Below, one piece after another: positions 51,857 to 64,000 of a DNA stretch of 64,000 bases. Position numbers and translations under genes: made by a program. Below the pieces are notes generated by a model. The model saw only the letters and a list, made by a program, of their open reading frames with translations, did not search any database and was not told where the DNA came from. The first letter of the stretch is position 1, and every line of letters starts with the position of its first letter. The DNA is from an uncultured Hormoscilla sp. (GTDB lineage Bacteria > Cyanobacteriota > Cyanobacteriia > Cyanobacteriales > Desertifilaceae): NCBI GenBank assembly GCA_963921275.4, contig OZ001293.3, positions 4,928,001-4,992,000 on the forward strand, written 5' to 3'.

Positions 51857-52817
51857 AGGAGTAATACTGCGCTTCGATTAATTTATTAGCATTTTCCGGC
51901 TTGTAGCTGTTTGGTTGCCATATGTTTTATTTCCATATTTGCGGAACTTTTTCTGCTGCCAATCTGTCCCATGGTCAAGATTGCATTTAATCCCTGGCAC
52001 CCTAGTAATCTAAATCACTGCCCAACAAGGCAAATAGTCACATAACTGTAGGTTATGAGATCACAATAGAGGTAGATTTTTCTCACATCCTAGCAAACTG
52101 TGAATCACCCTTGAACATATAAAAAGGACGGATATTGAAATTGTCGAGTTCAAGGCACCAACCATGTTACCCCAAATTGCTCTCATACCCGGTTTTATCT
52201 CGGAAATGCTAGCCACTGTCGCTGACACAAAAGTCCTGACTTTAGCTGACCGCTATGGCCTGATGGCTACCACCTTCTACTGCGATCGGTACTTAGGGGA
52301 CGAGTGAAGATAGTAGATCAACTCTCAACAGTGACATAATATGGGCGCTATCAGCGGTAATAGTATTTAGGAGCAGCATTTTGGCTTCTATCCGGATATA
52401 ACCAATTTAGTTAAATTCAAATGTCCCAGATTTATCGAAGCTTCAAGCTGGGCGTGTTTCGGGAATTTATATTGTTAACGCGCTCTGACAAGGAGGTCAA
52501 AAGGTAAGTCAATCAAACTGCTGAATTCCTACAAGTCGAAAGCTCAGAAAATTTGCAGTATCTGGCTAAGGCTATGGGTAAACTTCTTATTGTTAGCCTG
52601 GTCTGGTCTGGTACTGATCTGCTAAATAAAAATGTACCCACTACAGTCCTGCCTCGGGCCGAACCAGCTCAATAATTTAACTTGCTATACTGGGGCGATC
52701 GCCTTTTGATGTTTCCTGGGGCGATCGCCAACTTCTGTGAATTGCTAATTGTGAATTGCGAAGTGCCAATTGATGGGGCGATCGACTGCGCCCAGAGGTG
52801 ATTGCCGCCAGGGATCT

Positions 52818-53042
52818 GTGCGTCTGCATCGGATGGAGTGGATCAGGGTTCAAAATTTGCCCTTGACCGAAAGGAATAGCAGACTTGCCTTGGGTCTTAA
52901 AGGTCTTAGCCGTATGAGGGGATAACTCTCATGTACGGTTAGTCGGGGAGGGGAGAGAGGTGACTCTCAAACCTTACCCTCTAAAGTCTCACGTCCGGTT
53001 CTGGAGACTCCTCGGGGAGGCGACTCCCTGGCTTAGTTTAAT
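52818..53042 (+). mobile_element. Miniature group II intron derivative (52818-~52983) followed by the 3' end (partial DV + DVI) of a second intron
   Basis: GTGCG start; DV AGCCGTATGAGGGGATAACTCTCATGTACGGTT; DVI; then AAGTCTCACGTCCGGTTC...GCTTAGTTTAAT. Confidence 0.75.
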
Positions 53043-53048
53043 ATCTTA

Positions 53049-54060
53049 ACCTAAGTTGCGACCTATTAAAAAAAATATGAATTACCCACTTAGACTTTAC
53101 AGATATTTGGGATATTTCGTAGCTTTTGATACAAAATTATATTTTTTTTGTGCTAGACGGCGGGTTGGCTGTTTATAGGTTATAATGTACTAAAATAATA
53201 GTTAATTGCTGGGGGATGTAGATGATGGAAGATATGATTACAACAATTTTTGTTCTTTGTGACGAGCTACTAAAAGCGTTAAATATAAAAGAAGATCCAC
53301 AAGTAAAAATGAACAATGCCGAAGTGATGACAGTCGGATTAGTTGCTGCATATTTTTTCGGAGGACACCACGATCGCTCTTGTCAATTTATGGTCGAACA
53401 CAAGTATATAAAAAATCTGTTAAGTAAAAGTATGTTCAATCGTCGATTACACAATATTGACGAACCAATTTGGATGTTTTTCTTCCAAGTTATAGCTCAA
53501 ACATTTAAAGAGCTCAATCCGGGTCAAGAATATATTCTTGATAGTTTCCCGGTGCCAGTATGTGATAATATTAGGATTGATAGATGCCAAATTTATAACA
53601 ATGAAGAATATCGAGGGTATATTGCCAGTAAAAAACGTTATTTTTATGGATTAAGAGTTCATATGTTGGTAAACAAAAATGGAAAGCCAATAGAATTTTA
53701 TCTAGATCCTGGTAGTTATAATGATGTTAAAGTTTTGCAATCTTTTGGCTTTGACTTACCATCAAATTCAATAGTTTATGGAGATAAAGCTTATAATGAT
53801 TATCAATTAGAGGATTTACTAAAAGAGTCGTCAAGTATAATGTTAAAACCTTTGCGAAAAAAGAACTCAAAAAGAAAAGAATATTCTTGTTTTGAATATA
53901 TACAAAAAGTAACAAGAAAACAAGTTGAAACCTGTTTTAGTCGAATCACAAATTTGTTTCCCAAGTCAATTCATGCTGTTACATCTAAGGGATTAGAGTT
54001 GAAAATAATTCTCTTTATCATAGCTTTTTGTATCCAATTTTTATAGGTCGCAACTTGAGT
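53049..54060 (+). mobile_element. IS982-family insertion sequence (1012 bp), TSD TATCTTA
   Basis: TIRs ACCTAAGTTGCGACCTAT / ATAGGTCGCAACTTGAGT; 7-bp direct repeats at 53042-53048 and 54061-54067. Confidence 0.93.
53222..54046 (+). CDS. IS982-family DDE transposase
   Basis: LDSFPVPVC, GYIASKKRYFYG, GDKAY and R..VET.FS motifs. Confidence 0.92.
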   Translation: MMEDMITTIFVLCDELLKALNIKEDPQVKMNNAEVMTVGLVAAYFFGGHHDRSCQFMVEHKYIKNLLSKSMFNRRLHNIDEPIWMFFFQVIAQTFKELNPGQEYILDSFPVPVCDNIRIDRCQIYNNEEYRGYIASKKRYFYGLRVHMLVNKNGKPIEFYLDPGSYNDVKVLQSFGFDLPSNSIVYGDKAYNDYQLEDLLKESSSIMLKPLRKKNSKRKEYSCFEYIQKVTRKQVETCFSRITNLFPKSIHAVTSKGLELKIILFIIAFCIQFL

Positions 54061-54263
54061 TATCTTATTGAGAGGTGTCCGGCGGGCGTCTCGCCTGCTC
54101 GGGGTGCGTAGGGCGGGCGTCTCGCCTGCCCGTGGGACGGGAAACCCAATAGAAATTGATAGAGAGGTTGGGTTTCGTGCCTCAACCCAACCTACGGGAC
54201 ATGCAGGATGGGGCTGTTGGGTTTCGTATCTCAACCCAACCTACATTGATGAATTCATGAGAA

Positions 54264-54335
54264 AGCCCGTGACGAGGATTGAACTCGTGACCTCACCCTT
54301 ACCAAGGGTGTGCTCTGCCACTGAGCTACACGGGC
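54264..54335 (-). tRNA. trnT: tRNA-Thr(GGT)
   Basis: Cloverleaf GCCCGTG...CACGGGC; anticodon arm CCCTTGGTAAGGG; GTTCAA T-loop. Confidence 0.95.
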
Positions 54336-54362
54336 ACTATCTAAGTCTAATGTATATTGAGG

Positions 54363-54444
54363 TGGGCCGAGCTGGATTTGAACCAGCGTAGGCGTAGCCA
54401 GCGGATTTACAGTCCGCCCCCATTAACCACTCGGGCATCGACCC
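54363..54444 (-). tRNA. trnY: tRNA-Tyr(GTA)
   Basis: GGGTCGA acceptor arm; anticodon arm GACTGTAAATC; long variable arm. Confidence 0.95.
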
Positions 54445-54538
54445 ATTTATTTGCTTCTTGATCAACCTAACACATAAATTTTAAATGTCAAAGGTTTTTT
54501 TGAGATTTTTTTGGGGAGAGGCGGAAAATCGCCATTTT

Positions 54539-55813
<1,275 letters not shown>

Positions 55814-56702
55814 TTACAGTTTCTTGGTTATCCTCTGGGCGGGCTGGATAGCTGAGGCCGTTCGTAGTAAACGCTAAAGCGTTTGCCCTGTTGCGGTTGA
55901 GAGTGCCTCGTTACTGGTGGGAGGGGCGATCAAGCGGCTGCGGACAGATGCGCCAGCGACCCAATAACCGGGTGGATGGGAAAAACCAGGTTTCTTGATT
56001 TTTAGGGCGATCGCACAGGTCTAGGGAACGGGTGGGGCGATCGCGCCGTCAAAATCTACTTTTTGGCATAGGTCTAAGATCTACTCCGCGCGGTCATGAA
56101 TTGCGTCTTTCTCGCAATTGCCCCAAACCCTTAGATCGCCCCGCATTCCCCATCAGGGCATGGTAAACTTCAATTAACCACAGTGACATCATCATTAATC
56201 AGGGTCGAATCAATCCCCTGCAGGGTGGCCAGGGTTTCCCCTTCAAAATTAATCCAGGTATCGAGGCCCTGAGAACCTCCTGCTAGCCCGATCGCATAGC
56301 GTTCGCGCAGCCCCCCGATCGCGTAGCGTTCGCGCAGCCCGATCGCGTCCGTACCCTCTTCAAAGTCTATGATAGTACCCATGTCCGACTCCAGAACAAA
56401 AATATTGGCCTCTGATCCTTCGTAGAGACGATCGCTTCCATGGTTTCCGTAGACGCGATCTCTTCCCTCCCCGCCGATCAGAGTGTCCTCCTCCTCCTTC
56501 TCAAAGAGTGATAAAGTTAGGGGTTGGGGGTTGAGAGTTAGGGATTGACGAGTATTGCTGAAGTTAAGGTCAGTAGGAGAGTCGGCAACATTGTTCACAT
56601 TAATAATCAAAGCCTCCGAGTAACTGGCCCCAGTAACGTCAATAGTCTGAACGCGGATACTGTAACTAGATCGAATCTCCAAGTCCGGAGAACTGTTAAT
56701 TA

Positions 56703-57714
56703 ACCTAAGTTGCGACCTATTAAAAAAAATATGAATTACCCACTTAGACTTTACAGATATTTGGGATATTTCGTAGCTTTTGATACAAAATTATATTTTT
56801 TTTGTGCTAGACGGCGGGTTGGCTGTTTATAGGTTATAATGTACTAAAATAATAGTTAATTGCTGGGGGATGTAGATGATGGAAGATATGATTACAACAA
56901 TTTTTGTTCTTTGTGACGAGCTACTAAAAGCGTTAAATATAAAAGAAGATCCACAAGTAAAAATGAACAATGCCGAAGTGATGACAGTCGGATTAGTTGC
57001 TGCATATTTTTTCGGAGGACACCACGATCGCTCTTGTCAATTTATGGTCGAACACAAGTATATAAAAAATCTGTTAAGTAAAAGTATGTTCAATCGTCGA
57101 TTACACAATATTGACGAACCAATTTGGATGTTTTTCTTCCAAGTTATAGCTCAAACATTTAAAGAGCTCAATCCGGGTCAAGAATATATTCTTGATAGTT
57201 TCCCGGTGCCAGTATGTGATAATATTAGGATTGATAGATGCCAAATTTATAACAATGAAGAATATCGAGGGTATATTGCCAGTAAAAAACGTTATTTTTA
57301 TGGATTAAGAGTTCATATGTTGGTAAACAAAAATGGAAAGCCAATAGAATTTTATCTAGATCCTGGTAGTTATAATGATGTTAAAGTTTTGCAATCTTTT
57401 GGCTTTGACTTACCATCAAATTCAATAGTTTATGGAGATAAAGCTTATAATGATTATCAATTAGAAAATTTACTAAAAGAGTCGTCAAGTATAATGTTAA
57501 AACCTTTGCGAAAAAAGAACTCAAAAAGAAAAGAATATTCTTGTTTTGAATATATACAAAAAGTAACAAGAAAACAAGTTGAAACCTGTTTTAGTCGAAT
57601 CACCAATTTGTTTCCCAAGTCAATTCATGCTGTTACATCTAAGGGATTAGAGTTGAAAATAATTCTCTTTATCATAGCTTTTTGTATCCAATTTTTATAG
57701 GTCGCAACTTAAGT
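56703..57714 (+). mobile_element. IS982-family insertion sequence, copy 2, TSD TAATTA
   Basis: Near-identical to 53049-54060; duplication at 56697-56702 and 57715-57720 inside a cadherin repeat. Confidence 0.93.
56876..57700 (+). CDS. IS982-family DDE transposase
   Basis: One amino-acid difference (D/N) from 53222-54046. Confidence 0.92.
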   Translation: MMEDMITTIFVLCDELLKALNIKEDPQVKMNNAEVMTVGLVAAYFFGGHHDRSCQFMVEHKYIKNLLSKSMFNRRLHNIDEPIWMFFFQVIAQTFKELNPGQEYILDSFPVPVCDNIRIDRCQIYNNEEYRGYIASKKRYFYGLRVHMLVNKNGKPIEFYLDPGSYNDVKVLQSFGFDLPSNSIVYGDKAYNDYQLENLLKESSSIMLKPLRKKNSKRKEYSCFEYIQKVTRKQVETCFSRITNLFPKSIHAVTSKGLELKIILFIIAFCIQFL

Positions 57715-60700
57715 TAATTAGCAGTTGGTCCCCTACTATAGTGAAAGCAGCGTTATCATCGTCATCAAAACCCGAGATTAACCGGTAGGTAAAAGTATTT
57801 CCCCCGTCGGGATCGCTAGTAGAGAAAGTCCCCACGATCGCACCCGCACGGGAATTTTCATTGATGCTGCTGTTGCTAAGAACTATATCAGTAGGAGACT
57901 CAGCAACATTGTTCACATTAATAATCAAAGCCTCCAAGTAACTAGCCCCAGTAGAGTCAGTAGTCTGGACTAATATCCTGTAAATGGACTGAGTCTCAAA
58001 GTCCGGAACACCGTTAATTCGCAGTTGGTCCCCCACTATAGTGAAAGCAGCATTATCATCGTCACCGTCGCCCGAGACTAACTGGTAAATAAAGGTATCT
58101 CCATTATCGGAGTCGCTAGTTCCGAAAGTCCCCACAACTGCACCTGAGGGAGAATCTTCATTGAGGCTGCTGCTGCTAAGGACTATATCAGTAGGAGAGG
58201 AGTTCTCTGCAACATCAATAACATTAATAGTCAAGACCGACTCCAAATTGTTATTAGCAGAGTCAGTAGTCTGGACGCGGAGGCTGTAACTCGACTGAGT
58301 CTCAAAGTCCAAAGAACTATTAGTTAGCAGTTGATCCCCTACTATAGTGAAGGCATTGTTGCCCGAGACTAACTGGTAAGTAAAGGTATCTCCATTATCG
58401 GGATCGCTAGTTTCTAAAGTCCCCACAACTGCACCCCTAGGAGAGTTTTCATTGATGCTGCTGCTGCTAAGAACTATATCGGTAGGAGACTCGCCGACAT
58501 CGTTGACATTAATAGTCAAGACCGACTCCAAATTGTTATCAGCAGAGTCAGTAGTCTGGACGCGGATGCTGTAACTCGACTGAGTCTCAAAGTCCAAAGA
58601 ACTGTTAATTCGCAGTTGGTCCCCTACTATAGTAAAGGCATTGTTGCCCGAGACTAACTGGTAGGTAAAGCTATCTCCCTCGTCAGGGTCAGTAGTTCCG
58701 AAAGTCCCTACAACTGCACCTGAGGGGGAATTTTCATCGATGCTACTGCTGCTAAGGACTAGGTCGGTAGGAGACTCGCCGACATCGTTGACATTAATAG
58801 TCAAGACCGACTCCAAATTGTTATCAGCAGAGTCAGTAGTCTGGACGCGGATGCTGTAACTCGACTGAGTCTCAAAGTCCAAAGAACTGTTAATTCGCAG
58901 TTGGTCCCCTACTATAGTAAAGGCATTGTTGCCCGAGACTAACTGGTAGGTAAAGCTATCTCCCTCGTCAGGGTCAGTAGTTCCGAAAGTCCCTACAACT
59001 GCACCTGAGGGGGAATTTTCATCGATGCTACTGCTGCTAAGGACTAGGTCGGTAGGAGACTCGCCGACATCGTTGACATTAATAGTCAAGACCGACTCCA
59101 AATTGTTATCAGCAGAGTCAGTAGTCTGGACGCGGATGCTGTAACTCGACTGAGTCTCAAAGTCCAAAGAACTGTTAATTCGCAGTGAGTCTCCCACTAT
59201 GGTGAAAGCGTCATTATCATCGTCACCAACGCCTGAGACAAGCATATAGGTAAAGCGATCGTCAGCGTCAGGGTCAGTAGTAGAGAAAATGCCCACAACT
59301 GCACCCCCAGGGGAGTTTTCATCAATGCTACTGCTGCTGAGGTTGATGTCCGTCGGAGATTCGGCAACATCGTTCACGTCAATAATCAAAACCGACTCAA
59401 AAGCATTATTAGTAGAGTCGGTAGCTTGGACTGAGATGATGTAACTCGACTGAGTCTCAAAGTCCAAAGAACTGTTAGTTAGCAGTTGGTCCCCTACTAT
59501 CGTGAAGGCGTTGTTGCCGAAGACTAACTGATAGGTAAAACTATCTCCCTCGTCGGGGTCAGTAGTAGAGAAAGTCCCCACAACTGCACCCTCAGGAGAG
59601 TTTTCATCAATGCTGCTGCTGCTGAGAACTAAGTTGGTAGGAGACTCGGCAACATCATTGACGTTAATCATGAAGGCCTCCGTGTAACTGGCATCAGCAG
59701 AGTCAGTAGTCTGGACGCGGATGAGATAACTCGACTGAGTCTCAAAGTTTAAGGAACTGTTAATTCGCAGTTGGTCCCCTACTATAGTGAAGTCGGCGTT
59801 ATTATCGGCACCAGCGCCGGAGACTAACTGGTAGGTAAAGCTATCTCCCATGTCAGGGTCGGCAGTAGAGAAAGTCCCCACAACTGCACCATCAGAAGAG
59901 TTTTCATCAATACTGCTGTTGCTAAGGACTATGTCGGTAGGAGACTCGGCAACATCATTGACGTTAATCATGAAGCCTCCGTGTAACTGGCATCAGCAGA
60001 GTCAGTAGTCTGGACGCGGATGAGATAACTCGACTGAGTCTCAAAGTCCGGAGAACTGTTAATTCGCAGTTGGTCCCCTACTATAGTGAAGTCGGCGTTA
60101 TTATCGGCACCAGCGCCGGAGACTAACTGGTAGGTAAAGCTATCTCCCATGTCAGGGTCGGCAGTAGAGAAAGTCCCCACAACTGCACCCTCAGGAGAGT
60201 TTTCATTAATGCTGCTGCTGCTAAGGACTATGTCGGTAGGAGACTCGGCAACATCATTGACGTTAATAGTAAAGACCTCTGAGTAACTGGCCCCAACAAA
60301 GTCGGTAGTCTGGACGCGGATGCTGTAACTGGACTGGGTCTCAAAGTCCAAGGAACTGTTAGTTCGTAGTTGGTCCCCTACTATGGTGAAGGCTTCGTTA
60401 TGATCGGCACCCTCGCCTGTGACTAACTCGTAGGTAAAGCTATCTCCCATGTCAGGGTCGGCAGTAGAGAAAGTCCCTACGACTGCACCCTCAGGAGAGT
60501 TTTCATCAATGCTGCTGCTGCTAAGGACTATGTCGGTAGGAGACTCATCAATAATATTGTTGACGTTAATAGTAAAGACCTCTGAGTAACTGGCCATAGC
60601 AGCGTCGGTAGTCTGGACGCGGATGCTGTAACTGGACTGGGTCTCAAAGTCCAAGGAACTGTTAGTTCGTAGTTGATCCCCTACTATGGTGAAGGCTTCG

Positions 60701-62880
60701 TTATGATCGGCACCCTCGCCTGTGACTAACTCGTAGGTAAAGCTATCTCCTTCGTCAAGGTCGGCAGTAGAGAAAGTCCCTACGACTGTACCCTCAGCGG
60801 AGTTTTCATTAATGCTGCTGCTGCTAAGGACTATGTCGGTAGGAGACTCATCAATAATATTGTTGACGTTAATAGTAAAGACCTCTGAGTAACTGGCCCC
60901 AACAGAGTCGGTAGTCTGGACGCGGATGCTGTAACTGGACTGGGTCTCAAAGTCCAAGGAACTGTTAGTTCGTAGTTGATCCCCTACTATGGTGAAGGCT
61001 TCGTGATCATCGTTGTCGCCTGTGACTAACTCGTAGGTAAAGCTATCTCCCATGTCAGGGTCGGTAGTAGAGAAAGTCCCTACGACTGTACCCTCAGGGG
61101 AGTTTTCATTGATGCTGCTGTTGCTAAGGACTATGTCGGTAGGAGACTCGTTAACATTGTTGACGTTGATAGTAAAGACCTCTGAGTAACTGGCCATAGC
61201 AGCGTCGGTAGTCTGGACGCGGATGCTGTAACTGGACTGGGTCTCAAAGTCCAAGGAACTGTTAGTTCGTAGTTGGTCTCTTACTATGGTGAAGGCTTCG
61301 TTATGATCGGCACCCTCGCCTGTGACTAACTCGTAGGTAAAGCTATCTCCTTCGTCAAGGTCGGCAGTAGAGAAAGTTCCTACGACTGTACCCTCAGCGG
61401 AGTTTTCATTAATGCTGCTGTTGCTGAGTTCGAGGTCTGTAGGACGATAGTTGGTCCTGAATTGGTTGCCGAACAGGTCGTCACTGTTCAGCAAGGTGCC
61501 CGGCATGATGGACGCTGGAGTGGACGTTTCCACATTATTAGCGGCCAGATTTTCCGAGAAGGTTACATCTGTGAGGGTCACGGTCGGCAGGCTGGTGGGC
61601 AGGCCCTCGTTGTTATTTTTTTCATCTTCGATATTGATGGTGATGTGCAGGGCGAAAATGGCGCCCCCCAGACCTTGGCCGCCGGGTTTCCACCTTGAGC
61701 TTCATTGTCGTCAAACCTGCTGTTCAAAACGCTGAGCTCGCCCTCGCGGATGAATATGGCTCCGCCCATGCCTGCGCCGCCGCCGCCGGCTATTGTCAGC
61801 GTCGCCGCCGCCGAAGCCGGCGTCGCCTCTGGGGCCGCAGGGGCCTCTGCTGGCGCCGTCGCCGTCGTCGAGGCCGCCGAAGCCGCCGAGGCTGCCGAAG
61901 CCGCCTGTGCCGATGTCGTCGAAGCCGCCGCCTGTGGCGCCTGTGCCGCAGACGCCGCCGCCGCCGAAGCCGCCTGTGCCGCCCATGCCGCGAGAGCGGC
62001 CCACATCGCCCATGCCGCCCATACCGCCGTTTTCGCCGAAGAGGCCGGTGCCGCCCTTTTCGCCGATGCCGACGTCTGGCGTATTATTAGTAGGAATGAC
62101 GAAATTAGCATTACCACCTGCTCCACTGCTGCCGCCCTCGCCACCAATGGCGCTATTATTCTGGAAAGTGCTATCGGTCACCGTGACCGTCCCGTCAAAG
62201 ACAAACAGGGCACCGCCTATGCCTGCCCCGCCGCCGCCGCCATTGCCTCCTAGGGCCCGGCCATCGCTAAAGGTCAGGTCATCGAAATTGACTGTACCGC
62301 TTTTGACAAAGAACAGCCGGTACTGGTTTAAGCCATTAATGGTGTTGTCGTTCCCATTTATCGTCAGCCCGACGTCTTCTTCAATAAGGGGTAGCAACTC
62401 CGTCAGGGTAATATCTCCCGTGATGTTAATGGTATCTGCCTGAGTTTTACTATTGGAACTGGTGATGGCTTGGGATAGTTCTATTGCTGTGTCTACGTCA
62501 AATGTAGCCATAATTTCTCCTGGCGGTGAGCGAAGTTGAATGTAAAGGATGAACTTTTTTAGGGGTTGGTCACCGGCGACCTTGAGGGAAGATTTTAGCC
62601 CTCTTTTGTACACCGGTAACCTTTCCTGCTTTAACTACAGTCATTAATACATATTTTACGGAAATTATCATAATTTTTTTTGCCACTATACCGTCGGGGT
62701 GGGGTGTCTCTGTTCAATAACGATGTCTGTGTAGTTCCCATGTCGATCGCCAGTTATGCCCCATTATTGTTATACATCATATTCGCTGGCGATCCCTCCC
62801 TAGCCTTTTCAACAGGCGCTATTGAGCAATTTGCCTCCGGGGGCTGGAGGGGCTCTTCTTGCCAACGGGCGCAAGACCAC

Positions 62881-63584
62881 ATTTCTGATTTTACTCTGGC
62901 CTTGGAGGTGCTTACTCTGGCATTTGGTAATCTTGTATCACGTCAAAGCCAAAAGTTGTGACGCCACTGAATGACTCTCGTACTCGGTGGAATGATTCAG
63001 TTACTCCTGGAAATGAACAGTTAGCTCTGGAAATGAATAATTTTTCCCGGGAATGACTGAGTCGTTCCTTGGAGTGACTCAGTTATTCCCGGATAAAATA
63101 TTTCTATTGTTAAGGGGCGCGATCGCAGGCTGCGACCTTGGAGGCCAATGCCATTTAAAGAGAAAGCCCAGAGTCGGTTGAGATGCCTAAAGGGCGCACT
63201 ACTTGTATTGCTGGGCTGTATCACTTGACTGAATTTCTGATTTTACTCTGGCCTTGGAGGTGCTTACTCTGGCATTTGGTAATCTTGTATCACGTCAAAG
63301 CCAAAAGTTGTGACGCCACTGAATGACTCTCGTACTCGGTGGAATGATTCAGTTACTCCTGGAAATGAACAGTTAGCTCTGGAAATGAATAATTTTTCCC
63401 GGGAATGACTGAGTCGTTCCTTGGAGTGACTCAGTTATTCCCGGATAAAATATTTCTATTGTTAAGGGGCACGATCGCAGGCTGCGACCTTGGAGGCCAA
63501 TGCTATTTAAGGAGAAAGCCCAGAGTCGGTTGAGATGCCTAAAGGGCGCACTACTTGTATTGCTGGGCTGTATCACTTGACTGA
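62881..63584. repeat. 352-bp tandem direct duplication (62881-63232 / 63233-63584)
   Basis: Near-identical units with only a few substitutions. Confidence 0.92.
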
Positions 63585-63767
63585 GCCATGTTTCGGCTAA
63601 ACTGAATTGAGTGAGTTTGACGGAGGAAAAAGGCTGATAGCCTTGGGGACAGCAGGCGCCCTCAGGCCAACGGAGGGAAGGAGGGGTCGAAGATGTCTCA
63701 TTGACCGACCTGCCGATCTCCGATACTAGGTAATATCATAGATTAAGCTGCTGTTAGTTGCTAGTAT

Positions 63768-64000
63768 ATGAGCTATTGCCTAAGTCCAAATTGCACCAAA
63801 CCCCAAAACCCGCCTAGAACGAGCTTTTGCCAAAGTTGCGGGGCGGAACTGAGACTGCTGAAAGGTCGCTATCGCGTCATCAGCTTGCTCTCGGATCTGG
63901 GAGGCTTCGCGAAAACCTATCTGGCAGCGGATGTTGCTAGGGAGAATGCTAATTGCGCTATTAAACAACTTGTGCCATTGCCGGAAATAAAGAGCGATCG
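63768..64000 (+). CDS. Ser/Thr protein kinase with a 4-Cys N-terminal domain (partial, runs off the window)
   Basis: MSYCLSPNC...FCQSCG..L.GRYRVI..L...GGFAKTYLA.D...CAIKQL. Confidence 0.8.
   Translation, partial: MSYCLSPNCTKPQNPPRTSFCQSCGAELRLLKGRYRVISLLSDLGGFAKTYLAADVARENANCAIKQLVPLPEIKSD

Larger units (their letters stand above)
56170..62511 (-). pseudogene. Large adhesin-like gene (Gly-rich N-terminus, ~13 cadherin-like repeats, RTX C-terminus) broken by frameshifts and IS982
   Basis: PTDIVLS.SSI.EN...DFETQSSY.IRVQTTD repeats; 1-bp deletion at ~59975 relative to the sister repeat at ~59675; frameshifts at 61600-61800; IS at 56703. Confidence 0.85.

Noticed and set aside
54061..54444. tRNA-anchored integrative element or prophage
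   Set aside because: No integrase, phage genes or duplicated tRNA 3' end were seen; only an IS and REP-like palindromes.
61578..62443. Ala-, Arg- and Pro-rich ORFs
   Set aside because: Alternative frames of the GC-rich Gly-repeat part of the adhesin pseudogene.
63021..63576. Twin 67-aa ORFs
   Set aside because: By-products of the 352-bp duplication with no coding signal recognised.

Overview
This window is filamentous-cyanobacterium-like chromosomal DNA (inference): HIP1 GCGATCGC sites are abundant, Oscillatoriales-type palindromic repeats recur, and an NtcA box precedes amt. Housekeeping genes are intact (glcD/E/F, nagA, purE, amt, ispH, malic enzyme, hisA, radical SAM, CNNM/CBS protein, tRNA-Tyr and tRNA-Thr). 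They are interleaved with many decaying accessory genes, two IS982 copies, IS982-like MITEs, and an ORF-less plus a miniature group II intron. Five features stand out. (1) A small Bell-like protein has a C-terminal motif that matches the N-terminus of the adjacent broken NACHT-HEAT gene, resembling an amyloid-signalling NLR pair. (2) Two tandem secreted LRR-Ig-FG-GAP-RTX genes have near-invariant LRR scaffolds with hypervariable binding-face codons. (3) A protein of ~32 alphaRep-like HEAT repeats shows the same pattern. (4) Rpn/DUF2887 genes carry conserved internal start sites and are followed by a structured ~42-bp repeat array. (5) Group II intron derivatives are present. Domain calls come from motif recognition by eye, not database searches.
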